A DNA stretch of 64,000 nt from Lepidodermella squamata. Its lineage: Eukaryota > Animalia > Gastrotricha. Positions 39,115-52,989 of this stretch are shown one piece after another (the first letter of the stretch is position 1; every line of letters starts with the position of its first letter). The notes under the pieces were generated by a model. The model ran no database searches and was not told where the DNA came from. It was given only the letters and a program-made list of their open reading frames with translations. Where the stretch lies: the NCBI GenBank assembly GCA_047495785.1, contig JBLDXI010000034.1, forward strand, positions 372,001 through 436,000. Direction: 5' to 3'. A program made the position numbers and the translations under genes.

Positions 39115-41878
39115 TCATTCGACGGCCCGCTCGAGTACTTTAATAGTCTTGCCCTTGTCATCGGCGGAAACACTTTCATGACAGTTTGTGGCCCAATCTA
39201 TGGCTGTCTTTTTATCGCTATCACTGGCGTCGATGTTTGCTTTGAATTTCGTTAGCAGAACTTCAGCAACACCATGATGGCCGTGATAAGCGGCTACCAT
39301 CAACGGCGTCGAACCATCGTTGCTTGCAGCATTCACGTTGGCGTTATATTGGCCAGCTAGAGCCTCTACTACCTCGACGTGACCATTCTCGGCGGCTATG
39401 CACAGTGGCGTATAACCATCATTATCCGTGGATTCTACATTCGCCTTGAGTTCGCCAACCAACATCCTCGCCACCTCGGCGTGGCCATTCTCGGCGGCTA
39501 TGCATAGTGGCGTATAGCCATCACTCTCCGTCGATTCCACATTCGCCTTGAACTCGCCAGCCAATAACCTTACCACCTCGGCGTGGCCCTTCTCGGCGGC
39601 GATATACAGTGGGGTCCTGCCATTATTCGCGGTGGAATCAACGTCGGCGTTGAACTCGCCAGCCAACATCCTCACCACCTCAGCGTGGCCGTTGAATGCG
39701 GCAACGTGGAGTGGCGCAAACCCATCGTTTTTGCCAATATTAACAGCGGCGCTCGACTTGCTAGCCAACAGCCTCGCCATCTCTGTTTGGCCATTCTGGG
39801 CAGCGATGTAGAGTGGCGAAACGCCATCCTTTGTGGCCAAATTAACGTCAGCGTTCATGTCGCCTGCCAACATCCTTACTACCTCAGCGTGGCCATTGAA
39901 GGCGGCGGCAAACAGTGGCGTACGGCCATCATTTGCGGCGGAATCCACATCGGCCTTGAACTCGCTAGCCAACATCTTCACAACTTCGACGTGGCCATTC
40001 TTGGCGGCGACAAACAATGGCGAAAAGCCATCCTTTGAAGCAGAATTAACATCGGCCTTGAACTCGCTAGCCAACATCCTAACCATCTCGGTGTGACCAT
40101 TGAAGGCGGCGACGTACAGTGGCGTAAAGCCATCTTTATCGGCCGAATTAACATGGGCCTTGAACTCGCTAGCCAACAGTCTCACCATCCCAACATCGCG
40201 ATTGAAGGCGGCGATCAACAGGGGCGTTATGCCACCTTCATTACATACTTCAGTGTCTGCATCAAACTGCCTAACCAGAGTTTCCACAATGTCTCTGTAG
40301 CCTTTTTGAGCAGCAAGTAACAACAGAGGAATTCCGTCTTCGTCTTTGCAGTCTGGGCTAAGGCCGAGGTCACTTTTAGATAATAGCCGAACTAATGTCA
40401 ACACATTTTTCCGCCACAATACGCAGTCAAAAAGGACCTAATAACTATAATTAAAACGCCTGGATCAAGTTTGAAATAACGCAAAGCTACCTGAACGGCC
40501 TTTTGGTTTTGTACAGCGACTGATTGGGCCGGCTGAGGAATAGGGGGAACATGATTGCAATGAATTCGCTGTCATTCAAATTAAATCGAACCTTTGTATA
40601 CCGCATCGGTGCTGATTTCAGCAGAAAAGTATTGTCTTGAAGCTGCCTTGAGGTTGGTCGATGCTTAGGCTGTTCGGCAAGCATTGCCATGACAAAATCT
40701 CGCAATTCATCGGAGTAGCCGCGTGATTCGTCAAATGGTTTCAGTTTATAACTGCGAAAATGATAGATTCCTAATTGAGACCACTGTGTCGTACTCATAT
40801 TTACCTCAAAATATCCTGCATGGAGGTGAACTGGAAAATGATTCAAGCTTATGGATTCATCACTAAAGGTCATTCTCATACTAGTTCATCGAAGTTGGCC
40901 AATTCGAAGAGCGCATATCCCAACGACCAAACGTCACTTGCAGGTGATTTCGGTTCGCATTTCAATACCTCAGGAGGGGAAGTGTACCACACTGTTACGG
41001 CAGTCATTTGCGAATCACTGTTTAGAATAATAAAATGTATCTAGGAATGCTTAATTTCAAACTCACAGGTCAAATCTATCGGTGATTCCCAAGTCAGCTA
41101 GTTTCGCTGTGCCGTGGTCTTCTGTTAGTAGTATATTGCTTGTCTTGATGTTGCGATGAACAATACTTCGGCCGTGAAGATAAGCCAAAGCTGATACGAG
41201 TTGGCGCGACCATATTTGAATCATAATTTCCGGGATGGTCTCGATCCCGCTCGGTCGCGATCCCTCGGTCGCGATCAGGTATTCGAAGCTGAAACCCTTG
41301 CAGAACTCCATCACCAAATACCTCATGCGAGATTCTTTTGCGTATTCCTCTTTTGTTGAAAAATGTTAGCTATGTTTGCATCAAAAAGATGAATCTCAAA
41401 CCTTCGAAAGCGCTGAAAAACTTGGCTATATTTGCATGGCTCATATTGACCATTAACGAATCCTATTAATCCAAAACATGTGAATTGAGGGAGTTTAACG
41501 GCCTTTTCCACGATACTTTTCCTTCAAGCATTGTCACCCTAAATTTTGAGTTTTGATTTAGATTTCAAAGGAGAAATGCAAACAACACTCTTAAGACAGT
41601 TTTCGTTTAACTATTATTTTATATTGAAAACCCATAGCTTAAGTATATAGTGTATGAATGAATGAATGCGTATTTACCCTTTCGCGGAGAATTTCCAGAG
41701 TTCTGTCGAAGTCTCCTCTTGATAGCTGGCGAAGGTTTTTCAAGTTGGTTTCCTTGATAATAAATTGTTCTTCAGGGCGCCTTGTGTGCTTGCACAATAT
41801 CAATTTTCGGTAGTCGCCATGATTCAGGGTCATAACATCAGTGAACTCCGACTTGGATCGATACATTCTTGAATCCAT
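39115..41878 (-). CDS. Pseudokinase-ankyrin gene, copy B (12 ankyrin repeats)
   Basis: FIIKE, YLVMEFCKG, HRNIKTSN, KLADLG, PPE, SDVWSLG; ankyrin exon from about 40437 to 39115 is open to the stop. Confidence 0.88.
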
Positions 41879-42705
41879 ATTCAATCCGAAGCTAAAAATG
41901 ATGACAAAGAAGTAAAAATATGCCTTATCAGTCCTAATCAGTCCTAATTCTCAATGAATTTTGGTACAAAGGCGTGTAAAGTGAGCCATTGGAAAGCTGA
42001 AGGGACGGGGAATTTAATGCATTTTTTTATTTGAGGCGTCATATTCGCCGAGGGGGCGAAATTGGCCCAAATTAATGTCCACCTCGACTTGGAAAGTACG
42101 GACGTATCTGCAAATAATTGAATGAAAGAGTACCACTTATCATCCCCAGTAACCCTGACATTGGTATCACATAATGTTTCCTGGTTTACCAATAAATCTT
42201 TTGCATGGCTATTCGGTGAAATGTTCGTTCAAGCAGCGGAATGAGGCATACTCCAAAAATCTGAGGCCACAAAGATGAAAAAAATTCCGGTCCCCTGAAC
42301 AGCAACGCCCATGGGCCGGTACAACTGCCTCTCCTTGACAGTTAAAGGATCTGAACTGGCCCTTTTGTTAGTGAATGATTCAGTTGCTTACGATTGATCC
42401 ACGATTCAACGGAGACTGTTTTGTCTGGGAATATACATCAACGCTATGCTATTTGAACCTGCTTATTAAGTTTTGAAAACCTGTACTTCTTGAAGAGATT
42501 TAGCTTGCCCTTGTGATGGCTGCATAGTGAACAAATTGTCAACACATTACGAAGGTTACAGAATTTATGACGCAGAATTTATTATTCCAAGCTATCGCAG
42601 AATTTAGAATTAGCCAACAGTAACACTGGGCATCAATAACGTCAGTACTCCAATATTCTATATTCAATTAATCAAGTCAATTTTCCAGATTTATTTCCGC
42701 AAACT

Positions 42706-43941
42706 TTAAGGAGCTTTGATAAGCTTGCCGTATTTCACCAGAAACTGATCAAAGCTCATGAGTTTCGGGTTCAGCTTCTTCGTAGATTCGTAATCGATGC
42801 TAGCATTGAATTTCTCGGTGAAATCTTGGTAAAACTGGAAAATGCTCGCCAATTCACCCGCGCCAGGAAACGGAAAGGTCCGGAAAACTTCGATAGGTGT
42901 AGGCTGGTACAAAATCTCCTCGCCTAGAACCTTACCAACCTTCTCAGCTTGCTCGCTGACCGTCATCGTTTCACTAGCAATCGAAATTCGCTTGCCAATC
43001 CAAGTTGGGTCTTTAAAAGCTCCGTAAGCACAACGGCCGATATCGTCTACGGCCATTCCGGGCGTTTTGACATTCCCCAACGGCGTTGTGATCGCCAATT
43101 TACCATCTTGGCCGCGATGCATTGGTTCCAAGCCGGTGCAGAAGTTGTCCCAAAATCTTGGTGCTATCAGAAACGTGACAGGCTGACCATCGAAAAATTT
43201 GTCAGAGCCAGCTTTAGTCTCGCAGAATGGTATTTTGTATTTGCCATGCAATGTTGGAAATCGATCGTCGCTGAGTGGTCCAAATTTGAGAGGGTCGTCC
43301 AGGGTAGACCAGACAACATGCTTGATCTCAGCTTTCCTAAAAAAACAGGGTTATCACAAATCACTATTTTTTATGCATTCATTTTTTCAAAAGGAGAAAA
43401 TAAAGCGTTTGAATTTTAATAATTAATTCGAGTTTAAGTAATTGAGGAATTTCTGAAAAATCTTCAAAAATCGTATCATTTTGTTTCGATTTCAATTTGG
43501 CGATCTTTGATTTTCAGATCGAAAGTACTTTTGTTTGAATGCTTTCTTAGGAAAAGAAGGAATTATTTTTCAACTTGCCTTGCCGCGTTAGCCATGGACC
43601 TGATCTGGGCTATTTCTTTCTCAGGATCAGTAAAATCAACAACCGAGACGCAAAACAAGCCGTACGAGCCTTTGATAGCCGCAGCCAACGCGTCCTCATC
43701 ATTAGCATCGACCTGAGCGAGTTCGACGCCTTGCTCAGCCATAGCCTTGGCTTTCGCCGAGTTGACATCTCGGGTTAAAGCTCGAGCCTTGAAATCGGTG
43801 ACAGGATCCTCCAAAATCGCCCGAATAACAGAAGCGCCCTTCAAAAATTCAACAAATTACAACTATAATCTCAAAATGTTGATGATTTACCTGTTGGCCA
43901 GTTGCTCCTACAACAGAGATTATTTTCTTTCCAGATGCCAT
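42706..43941 (-). CDS. NmrA/HSCARG-like protein, copy B (3 exons)
   Basis: Paralog of copy A with the same intron positions and an open frame. Confidence 0.92.
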
Positions 43942-46564
43942 TATGCGAGAAAACATCTACAGAATGGAACTCGTAATTTTATGTAGACTTCCTATGTCCA
44001 AAAAGTAATAAAATGGACCTGTTAATTTAAAAAGCTTAACCACTTGGTTCAGCCGTTTTTGCTTGCATTCAGCTCTTCGACTATAACATCAGACATCGGA
44101 CATTCTATAACATTCGACTATACCTAACATCAGAGATAACGCTTACACGCGTTATCTCCATAAGTTATCTTGGTACAGAGAATATTGAACAACAATTGCC
44201 GGTCTGACACCAATGGCTACATAGTTACTTTGTACTTTGTCACCGTTAAATTAGTCTCCAATTTTGTTCGAGGACGTAACTTTTATATGGCTCAAGGGAA
44301 TTATTTTGAAATGACAAAAGACAAATAATATATTGATATCGATCGGGTTTGACAAATAAGTTGAATAATTAAGGATTCTTCAATTAAATTTGACCCATGG
44401 GACATTTAGCTAGCTATAACTTCAAATGTTGCTGATGTTTGATGTTTGATCAAATCTGCTTTGATAGTTTGATAAATAAAAATAATAGAAATATGAAAAA
44501 TGTTCTAAGGTGTAAGATATGACCAAAAATAAGTGAAAAGTGGGGTTTGGCGAAATTTTTGACATAGTGAGATTGTGATGCCACTCTCAAGATCTATTAA
44601 CGAGGAGTCGAAAGGTATAAGAAAGGGGTTGATATTCATCAGGGTTGTTGAGAAAATGGGCTTCAAAGTATATGAGCGAAAAAATGCAAATTTCAAAAAA
44701 TGCGGGCTTAAAAAATTAGTTGTTTATTGCGTCATTTAAAAATTCCCCACGCAATAAATTCTGATGTCATTTTCTTATATGCACAGTTGACAATTCTAAG
44801 GGTATTCTGAGGTGAGGAATCTCGCTATATATTCAAAAATTTTGTTGGGATCAAGATAGTGTCTCTACGACAACCTGAATCAATAACACTTTTCAGGGCT
44901 GCCCTGGGGTTTTCCGTATTTTAAGGCAGATAGGAGCCTCCTAGAGGTCTGACATTTGAACATTTCAAATCCTCAAGAAAAACTGAGTCAGAAAACCTTG
45001 GAATTCAAGAATTGTCGTAATTCGAGTGAAAACACTCTTTGCGATTTGCTGGAAAATTCAGAAAATTCGCCAAATTAAGGATAGCTTTTCACTTATTTTC
45101 GGTCATATAAAAGATATAAAACGATGTATTAAGTGAGACGGATGAAGCACTGAACTAGAATTATTATTGAATGACAATTATTAGAAAATGAAATAGCGTA
45201 AATGGCTTGATTCAGCTTTAGCACGGTGGCAGTGGTCGCGTGCGCACTAACAGCACGCTTCTCCATGCCAGCAAATGGCCATTTTTTTCCTGTCGCAAAT
45301 AATTGTTTTGTAATCTTAATATCGATCAAAAGGACAATGAGACGTGGCTATGTAATAATCTTAATATCGATCAAAAGGACAGTGAGACGCCGTAGCTGGG
45401 TTGTTTACGAGAAAAAAGTGTTGTCAAAAACAATTAGGGTCAAAGGTCACTTTTTGAAAAAAATGAGATGAATCACCTATCATTAAATGTTCTTTTTATC
45501 CGTCATTTTATGTTGCCAAAATAAGGTTAAAACAAAACCCTTGATTTAGACGCGATCAATCGATAATTCGGGGAATGCATTGTAAAAAATGGAATCAACA
45601 TTCTGCTCCAAGCTTTTAATTTTTAAACATTATTGAAAATTATTAAAATCAACCGATTTTTCATTCCAGTTGGAACCCCCAGTAATTTATTAGACCGCAA
45701 TTGAGCAATCAAGTTCCCGCTGAAAGTCCTATAGCCGAAAACGTTGAAGATTTTCGACTGAAAAACTTTCCGGTTCGATTGCTTAAGAGATGAAATAATC
45801 ACGCGTCAGTACGAAATAGATGCAGCATAATCGCGACGTGAAAGAAAACAGCTCCATTGTGTGACCACTTTTTACTATGGGCATGACTTCTCATACAAAA
45901 GCACAAAAGCATTGGAGAAAAAAAGTAGAACGGGCAAATGGTCACAATATGATTAACATACGGCTTGTTTGAGTTGTTTTTTGTCCCTAGAAAGTACTCC
46001 AGATGTAGTTTACTAAGATCTACATGTCATAGCTTGCGTTCTCTCGATCTTGGGGTGTCCCGACTTGGAACCTGATTCTAGCTTTGTAACCATGGACGCC
46101 TACGATTTTTAAAACATTTCGAAACTTCAAGGGGAAGTTATCCAGAATTTTCAAGCATGCATAATGTCAGCACGGCACTTTGTATGGCAGGGTTCAAGCT
46201 TCGGCGCCTTAACTATGAAAACGACGGGTCCCTCACGAAGCAGCAGGCTTCAAAGCAGGATAAACCCAAAAGTGGTGCAAACGCCACGCAACAATAAATC
46301 TAATCAATTACGATAAAATTCTGCGTAATTTTCAGACTATGAGCCCATCATAACTTTAAGAGCCCGGCTTATGAATTTTGGGAAATTTTCGAAAAAGACT
46401 TTTATGACCAAATTGACCAATATATGAGTTACATTACGGAGTTTTCATGACTTACGATCCTCAAATTGTTGATGTTGAAAGCTAGAATAGCTGACCATCA
46501 TCTTAGTCCATTGGTTCAAAATCAGAGACTAAGCCTGTGCGCCTACTGTTTAGTGCGTTTACCA

Positions 46565-46663
46565 CATAGACATAATTTAGGATAGACTGCTTACTCACGA
46601 GGAAAAGGGCGCTACGCCATGGGCGCCAGATGGTCAGCTGATTCATCCTAAATTATGTCTATG
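46565..46663. mobile_element. Tiny hAT-like MITE
   Basis: TIR CATAGACATAATTTAGGAT; TSD GTTTACCA/GTTTACCC. Confidence 0.75.
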
Positions 46664-46687
46664 GTTTACCCTGCATTGAAGCCTGCT

Positions 46688-47674
46688 CATAGAGCTAGTT
46701 TTAAGATAGAGGTCCTACTCCTGACAAAGCCTGTAAACGCCATGGGCGCCAGATGTGATGAATCAGCATCGAGTGGTTGGAAAAGTAAACAAATCAGGTG
46801 ATTTTTCGATTCCCGATATCTCATTCACGGAAATTTCCTTGATGGAAAGTTTGGTGGTACCTGATACCGCTTGAAATGCTGATCATCACTATTATTTTTT
46901 CAAAATTTTCGGAGCAATGTAAAGCAGTGAAATCAAGAAAAATAAATTTTTGATTTCAAATAAATCAACATGAACTAATAAGTAAATCGAAATTGAAGCA
47001 TATTTATAATAGGGTGGGTAGTTCTAATCAAGCTCTACATTTTAATGCTTGGAGCGAGCTTGGACGATTTTTTCCTGATTTTCTATAATTTTATAAACAA
47101 TTCTGCTTGGTTTTTTACATTATAAAGATCGAGACTGCTCGCTGGATTCCGTCCAGAATCTTTGATGACAGCACGTGCGCCACGTGCACACGTGGTGTGG
47201 CTGGATCGAGCTCAGAGCTGGAACGGAGTTCCAATATAGTGAAAAACCATTCATTCAAGCAATAAAAAATTGCAGAAAATCGGAAAAAATTCTCCCAAGC
47301 TCGCTCCAAGCATCAACATGCAGAGCTTGATAAGAATTACCTGGTCCATTAAAAATACCCTTCAATTTCGCTGCCTTAATGGCAGTTGTCATGTTTTATT
47401 GATGGATCAGTTTTCTTTTTATGCGATTTTCCCCTTTTCAAAAATCATTAAAATTTCGGAAAAATAATCAATGTGTTCGTTTTTGCAAGAGCTATCTCGA
47501 GCCGCCAGATATGATTGATTTTGATTAATCGTTCACGATTAATGAGCGATCGAAAAATCACCTGATTTGTTTACTTTCCCAACCACTCGATCCTGATTCA
47601 TCACAACATCTGGTGCCCATGGCGTTTACAGCCTTAGTCAGGAGTAGGACCTCTATCTTAAAACTAGCTCTATG
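46688..47674. mobile_element. hAT-like non-autonomous element with long TIRs
   Basis: About 125-bp TIRs starting CATAGAGCTAGTTTTAAGATAGAGG; perfect 8-bp TSD AGCCTGCT; additional inner inverted repeat. Confidence 0.9.
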
Positions 47675-47979
47675 AGCCTGCTACTTCGTGGGGGACTCGA
47701 AAACGACTTGTTATTTAGTTGTTTTGCTACTTAACATGGCCTCGTGACCATTCGCAAGAAAACACAAGAATGAACCTATTTTTCCAGTTTAAAATTATGG
47801 GAAATATGGTTATTTTAAATAACAGGAGAGCTCATTCATAGTCACTAGACATTATAGTCATTCCCAGCACACTTTCCGGCAACAGTGACATTTCCAAATT
47901 GTAACATTTGTTATCTTCCTTAATGTTAGAAAAGTCAAATGACATTCAATCAATTTTCCTGATATTTCCACGGTTTGCA

Positions 47980-48250
47980 AGGAGCTTTGATAAGTTCGCC
48001 TTGTACGTCACCAACAACTGATCAAACGTCATGAGTTTCCGGTTCAGCTTATTCGTCGTTTCGAAATTCGCGCCTAGCTTCAATTGCTCGGAGAAATTCT
48101 GTGAAACTGGAACAAGAAGTTCCGGAAAACTTCGATTGGCGCTGGACGATACACAATTTCCTCGCCTATAGAACCTTGCCAACTTTCTCAGCTTGTTCGC
48201 AAATTTTCATCTTTTTTCGCAAATTCGCTGGCCAATCCAAGTCGGGTCTT
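47980..48250 (-). pseudogene. NmrA-like 3' pseudogene fragment
   Basis: Frameshifted match to the C-terminal third of NmrA (…FSEQLKLGANFETTNKLNRKLMTFDQLL). Confidence 0.85.
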
Positions 48251-48384
48251 TCACATAATCGAAAATCCGAATAGACAATAAAAAAATGCACGAAAAATGT
48301 TATCATCTGGGACCAAGTTGAACGCGTTTATGTGTTGATCTCATCTTGCTTATATATTTTACTCTAATTTATTTTGATTTACCT

Positions 48385-48830
48385 GTACTTGCACAAACGA
48401 TTTTGCACAAAAGAACTTGCACAAATGTACTTGCACAAAAATTGTTTCACAAACTCAATTTTTCAGCGGATTCAATCCTTTAATGCGTAGCGAAGCTGGC
48501 CAATTCAAGGGCAGCGCAATCTTGAGTGATATTGGCAGAAAAATGGACATGGCATCATCGATTGATTGATTTCAGGTTCATTCAATCATTCGAAGGTCCC
48601 AAAAAGAAACTCGCCATCCCTTGTAATTGAAACTCGAATCGGATGCGTTAAAATATCTCAAAAGGCAGGTCCCGGAATCAGTCTTTGATGCCAGTGGGCT
48701 TAGCCTTCAATTTGCTATATACGATTTTCTTATTCAAATCGATTCCGCTTGAAAAATTGAGTTTGTGCAAAAGTTTTTCAGCAAGTGCATTTGTGCAAGT
48801 GATTTTGTGCAGAATTGTTTGTACAGACAT
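48385..48830. mobile_element. MITE-like element with imperfect TIRs built from TTGCACAAA repeats
   Basis: 48385-48478 is an imperfect inverted copy of 48738-48830. Confidence 0.6.
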
Positions 48831-49223
48831 CCCTTTATTTTGAAAATATTCTGGTTTGATTTCAATTTTCAAATATTCTCAAATCCATCGGCGAAAAATG
48901 CCCGAAGCTAGTGAAAAGCCGCTACATCTGGGCCTCATTTAGCTTTTGTTATAGAAAAAAAATCGATGAAACTTGGCTATGGCTTCACTCAGAGAGCTCG
49001 CCCTCCAAGTTGTTATCAAGTTTTCTTATCTAACTCAGTAATTAATAATTAATCTCATAACAAGATAAAATGACGCCCAGCACAACTTTTTATTTTCTTA
49101 CAAATATTTATCATAAACACTTATTTTTACGAAAAATGTTCATAATCATCGGTATTTTAGTTCTGGCAACTCAGCACGGTATACTCCTAAATTTGTTCCT
49201 TAAATTTTTGGATTTTTGAATTT

Positions 49224-50715
49224 TTGTTAGGCTATTGTCATGATGAGCTCACCGACCATACCAGCTTAGTCTCAAAAATCCTCGAAAACCGAATAGCTAA
49301 TTACCTCGAAAAAGGTTCAATCACCGCAAATCAAGCTGCTGTTCTATCAACGTACGCCAGTCGTGATTTACCGGCAATTATCGACTACGTCACAACTCGC
49401 CACAACAAATTCAGCTATACCGACCCGAACAAGGCTGGAAATCCGTTCCTAAAATCATCACTCGATTTCACGGACAAATTCTTCGAATCTTTGGAGCAGT
49501 TACTGCCTCAACTTGTCGAGGCGGGTTTTTTCGAGGGAAATGAAGAATTAATTACGGCATCGGAATTTATCCTACTCTACATTCGCGAGACAGTTTTGAT
49601 TTTGGAGCAAAGCAATCAGGCGAAAATTAGCGAAAAATTACAGCAAATTTTTGAAAAATGGTCGCTATTCAAGCAAGCTTTAGTCGGGACATTGCTAGAT
49701 AATTTCGCTATGGATAAAAATTCCGAAAAAAATCGAGAAAAAATATCGGATTTATTAACAAAAATCAGCGAAATTTTACTCGAAAATACGCGAAAAATTG
49801 AAAATGGCCAGGAAAATTTTGAAAAATTCATCGAAAATACAGTCGACTTGTGCCGAGATGAAATATTGAAAATCGTCATCAAAAATGGACAAAGGGTGAA
49901 ATTAGAAGTTTATTCTGAATTTTTCAAATTTTTTGCGAAATTATCCGAAATTTTGTATCACCGTGAAAAGTTTCACGTCGACTTGAAGAAGGCTAAAATT
50001 TTAATTGATGATTTTAATTCTAAAATTGCTAAATTCCCCGAAAAATTGACTTGGATGTCTAGTGAAGATCGCGAAGATTTTGCGGAAATTTTCAGATTTT
50101 TCAAGAAATTTTCCGAAAATTCACACGATTTTCTATCGAGTTACCGCGACTACGGCGAGAGCGATGTTCTCGGTTCGAGAATTGCAATTTACGAACAGCT
50201 CAAGACGCCTGGCAAGAAGGTTGTCTCGATTTTATTGAAGTGGAAATTGCGCGATAAAGCCAACGATTTGCGAACGAAATCGCCGCAGGAGAACGAGCAG
50301 ATTATGCGATATTGTCTGTATCTAGGTCAAGAATTTTACGGCCTAGTTTTCGCCGGGTTGACGTCGCAAATTGACAGCAAATCACGGCCGGAGTTGGCTG
50401 AATGGCTGCTGGAGGCTAAATCGGCGACGGCTAAATTTTTGGCACTTCAACGCGAATCTGGTGGCGGTTTGACGGCGAGTGATCAGGAAGTAGCGGCTTT
50501 TCAGGCCGAATTGGATGCGATTGTTGACTCTGTTTTAAATGTTGTGAATCATTTCGACATTGCTCAGCTTGCTTTCAAGCGTTTTATTGCATTTATTGTC
50601 GCCTAAAATTGTCAATAAAAAAATTAATAATAATATTTTAGGTGACCGCCGAGATTCCATTGAGGTTTTATGGGAATTTCAGCAGTTTCATCCTAATTTC
50701 AGTCGTAAATTATGG
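49224..50715 (+). CDS. Alpha-helical protein of unknown function; ends uncertain, 3' part hit by a MITE
   Basis: 460-aa open frame. A probable intron at 50581-50641 extends it to DRRDSIEVLWEFQQFHPNFSRKLW. Paralog at 61975-62904. Confidence 0.65.
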
Positions 50716-51049
50716 CAGCGTGTCCCAAAATTTGCGCAACTATTTTTTTAATTTGGCAAAATTTTGTTGGAAATTAAATTAATTTTATAATTTAACCTAC
50801 CGACAGAATAAGAATTCCATCTTTCCTCCGCGACTTGACCGAAGAAATACACTATTTACCGATGAAAACCCGGAAAACCCCGATGGAACTGGTTCGGTAA
50901 TTTTCGGTATTTTACTCTGTTGGACAAATTTCTCCGGGATTTTTCATCCTATCAACAAGAGAGGCCCACTTGTTATCTTTCCTCGGGAATTTCTGAATTT
51001 TTCTATAATTGTTCTGGCCACGAGACGGGCCGTTTTTTGGGACACGCTT
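50716..51049. mobile_element. Tc1/mariner-like MITE
   Basis: CAGCGTGTCCCAAAA...TTTTGGGACACGCT. Related copies at 620, 63023 and (inverted) about 61660-61840. Confidence 0.65.
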
Positions 51050-51411
51050 CAGCCTGCAGAGCCGATACAAATAATATCATATTCGCAAATTTCCACCGCT
51101 TTCTTTTAAGGCACGGAGCGATTCCAAGAGCTTCGTCATGGTATAGTAGCGGCAATTAAAAGCCATATTGACCGACTAGGCTGACTGTTTTTGTTCGGCA
51201 ATTGTTTGCCATGATGAAGAATAAAGATGAAGCGTGTAAGCTTGTTATGGTCAAATTTCTGAGTTCAAGTAAAACCGCAACAACACAAGTGGTTATTACG
51301 CTTTTTTAGTTTTGAAGTAGGTCAAATTTTATTGAACCTTGTAGGCGTTTTATATTTAAGTACGAGCTTCCAGCTGCAGCAAAACAAATTGTAGATTTTT
51401 ATAATCTCAAA

Positions 51412-52523
51412 ATGGCACTTGAAAAGAAAATCATTTCTGTTGTAGGAGCAACTGGACAACAGGTAAAGCATCGAAATTCTAAGATTTTTCCTGAAGTTTG
51501 TTCAATTTCTGAAGGGTCGATCTGTTGTTCGAGCGATCTTGGAGGATCCTGCAACTGAATTCAAGGCTCGAGCTTTAACCCGTGATGCCAACTCTGCGAA
51601 AGCCAAGGCCCTGGCTGAGCAAGGTGTCGAAGTCGTTCAGGTCGATGCTAACGATGAGGATGCGTTGGCCGAGGCTATCAAAGGCTCGTATGGATTGTTT
51701 TGCGTCTCGGTAATCGACTGGACCGATCCAGATAAAGAAATCGCACAGATCAAGTCGATGGCTAGCGCGGCAAAGCAAGTTGAAAAATAATTTCCTACCT
51801 TGTCCTAGGAATAATAATCCAGGCTCAAACGCTTTAATATTGTCATTCTATAAAAATCCTACAAAGAAATTAAAGATTTGTCTGTATTTTAGGAAAGCTG
51901 GAATCAAACATGTTATTTGGTCTACCTTGGATGACCCTCACAAATTTGGACCCCTTGGCGACGATCATTTTCCAACTTTGCACGGCAAGTACAAAGTAAC
52001 GCACTGCGAGACGAAAGCTAACTCAGACAAGTTCTTCGATGGCCAGCCTGTTACCTATCTGATAACCCCAGCATTTTGGGACAACTTCTATACTGGCTTT
52101 TTCCCAATGCATCGCGGCCAGAATGGTAAACTGATGATTACAGTCCCAATGGGGCATGTTAAAACGCCTGGGATGGCCGTAAACGATATTGGCCGTTGTG
52201 CTTACGGAATTTTCAAAGACCCATTATGGATTGGCAAGCGAATTGCAATTGCTAGTGAATCGATGACGGTCAGCGAGCAAGCGGAGAAAATAGGCAAGGT
52301 TCTAGGTGAAGAGATTGCGTACCAGCCTGCGCCAATGGAAGTTTTCCGAAACCTGCCGTTTCCTGGCGCGGGTGAATTGGCGAACATGTTCCAGCTTTGC
52401 CAGGATTTCTCCGAGCAATTGAATGCTAGCCGCGATTTCGAAGCTACGAAGAAGCTGAACTCGAAACTAATGAACTTTGATCAGTTTCTGGCGAAATACG
52501 GCAAACTTATCAAAGCTCCTTGA
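51412..52523 (+). CDS. NmrA/HSCARG-like protein, copy C
   Basis: Exons 51412-51462, 51515-51774 and 51893-52523 (second intron GC-AG); GATGQQG motif; open frame. Confidence 0.92.
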
Positions 52524-52989
52524 AGAACGTGGGACAATGTTGAGAAAAATGACTCATCTCCACTTTGAAGACTGCACAATTATCGATGATTGCTAATGAT
52601 ATTTTTGAGTTCACGAATAACTTGAAAGAATAAACCTCTATGATTTCGATTTCCAAAGCCCTGAATTTACTCTTGCCGTATGCCGCAACGGCGATTTATC
52701 TTTCATGCACGACTATGATATTTTTTTTTTATTCTATGGAGGTGCAAGTTGAATAAGTCGTCGAACAGATAACAAGCCCGAGTCGCCTCTAACACCCTCT
52801 CTCAGAGATAAGAGAGGAGTACAAATGATTATGCGTTCAAATTTCAGCGCATACGCCGATTTCTTATCGCCGTAACTTGTAAGAATTAAGCTGCTTATAA
52901 TGTCGCTCATTTGTTGAAGCTTTATTCCTATTTGCTGTTTGATAAGGCCGGCTTTTTACTCTGCCATAATTTCTAGCTTCGCATTGAAT

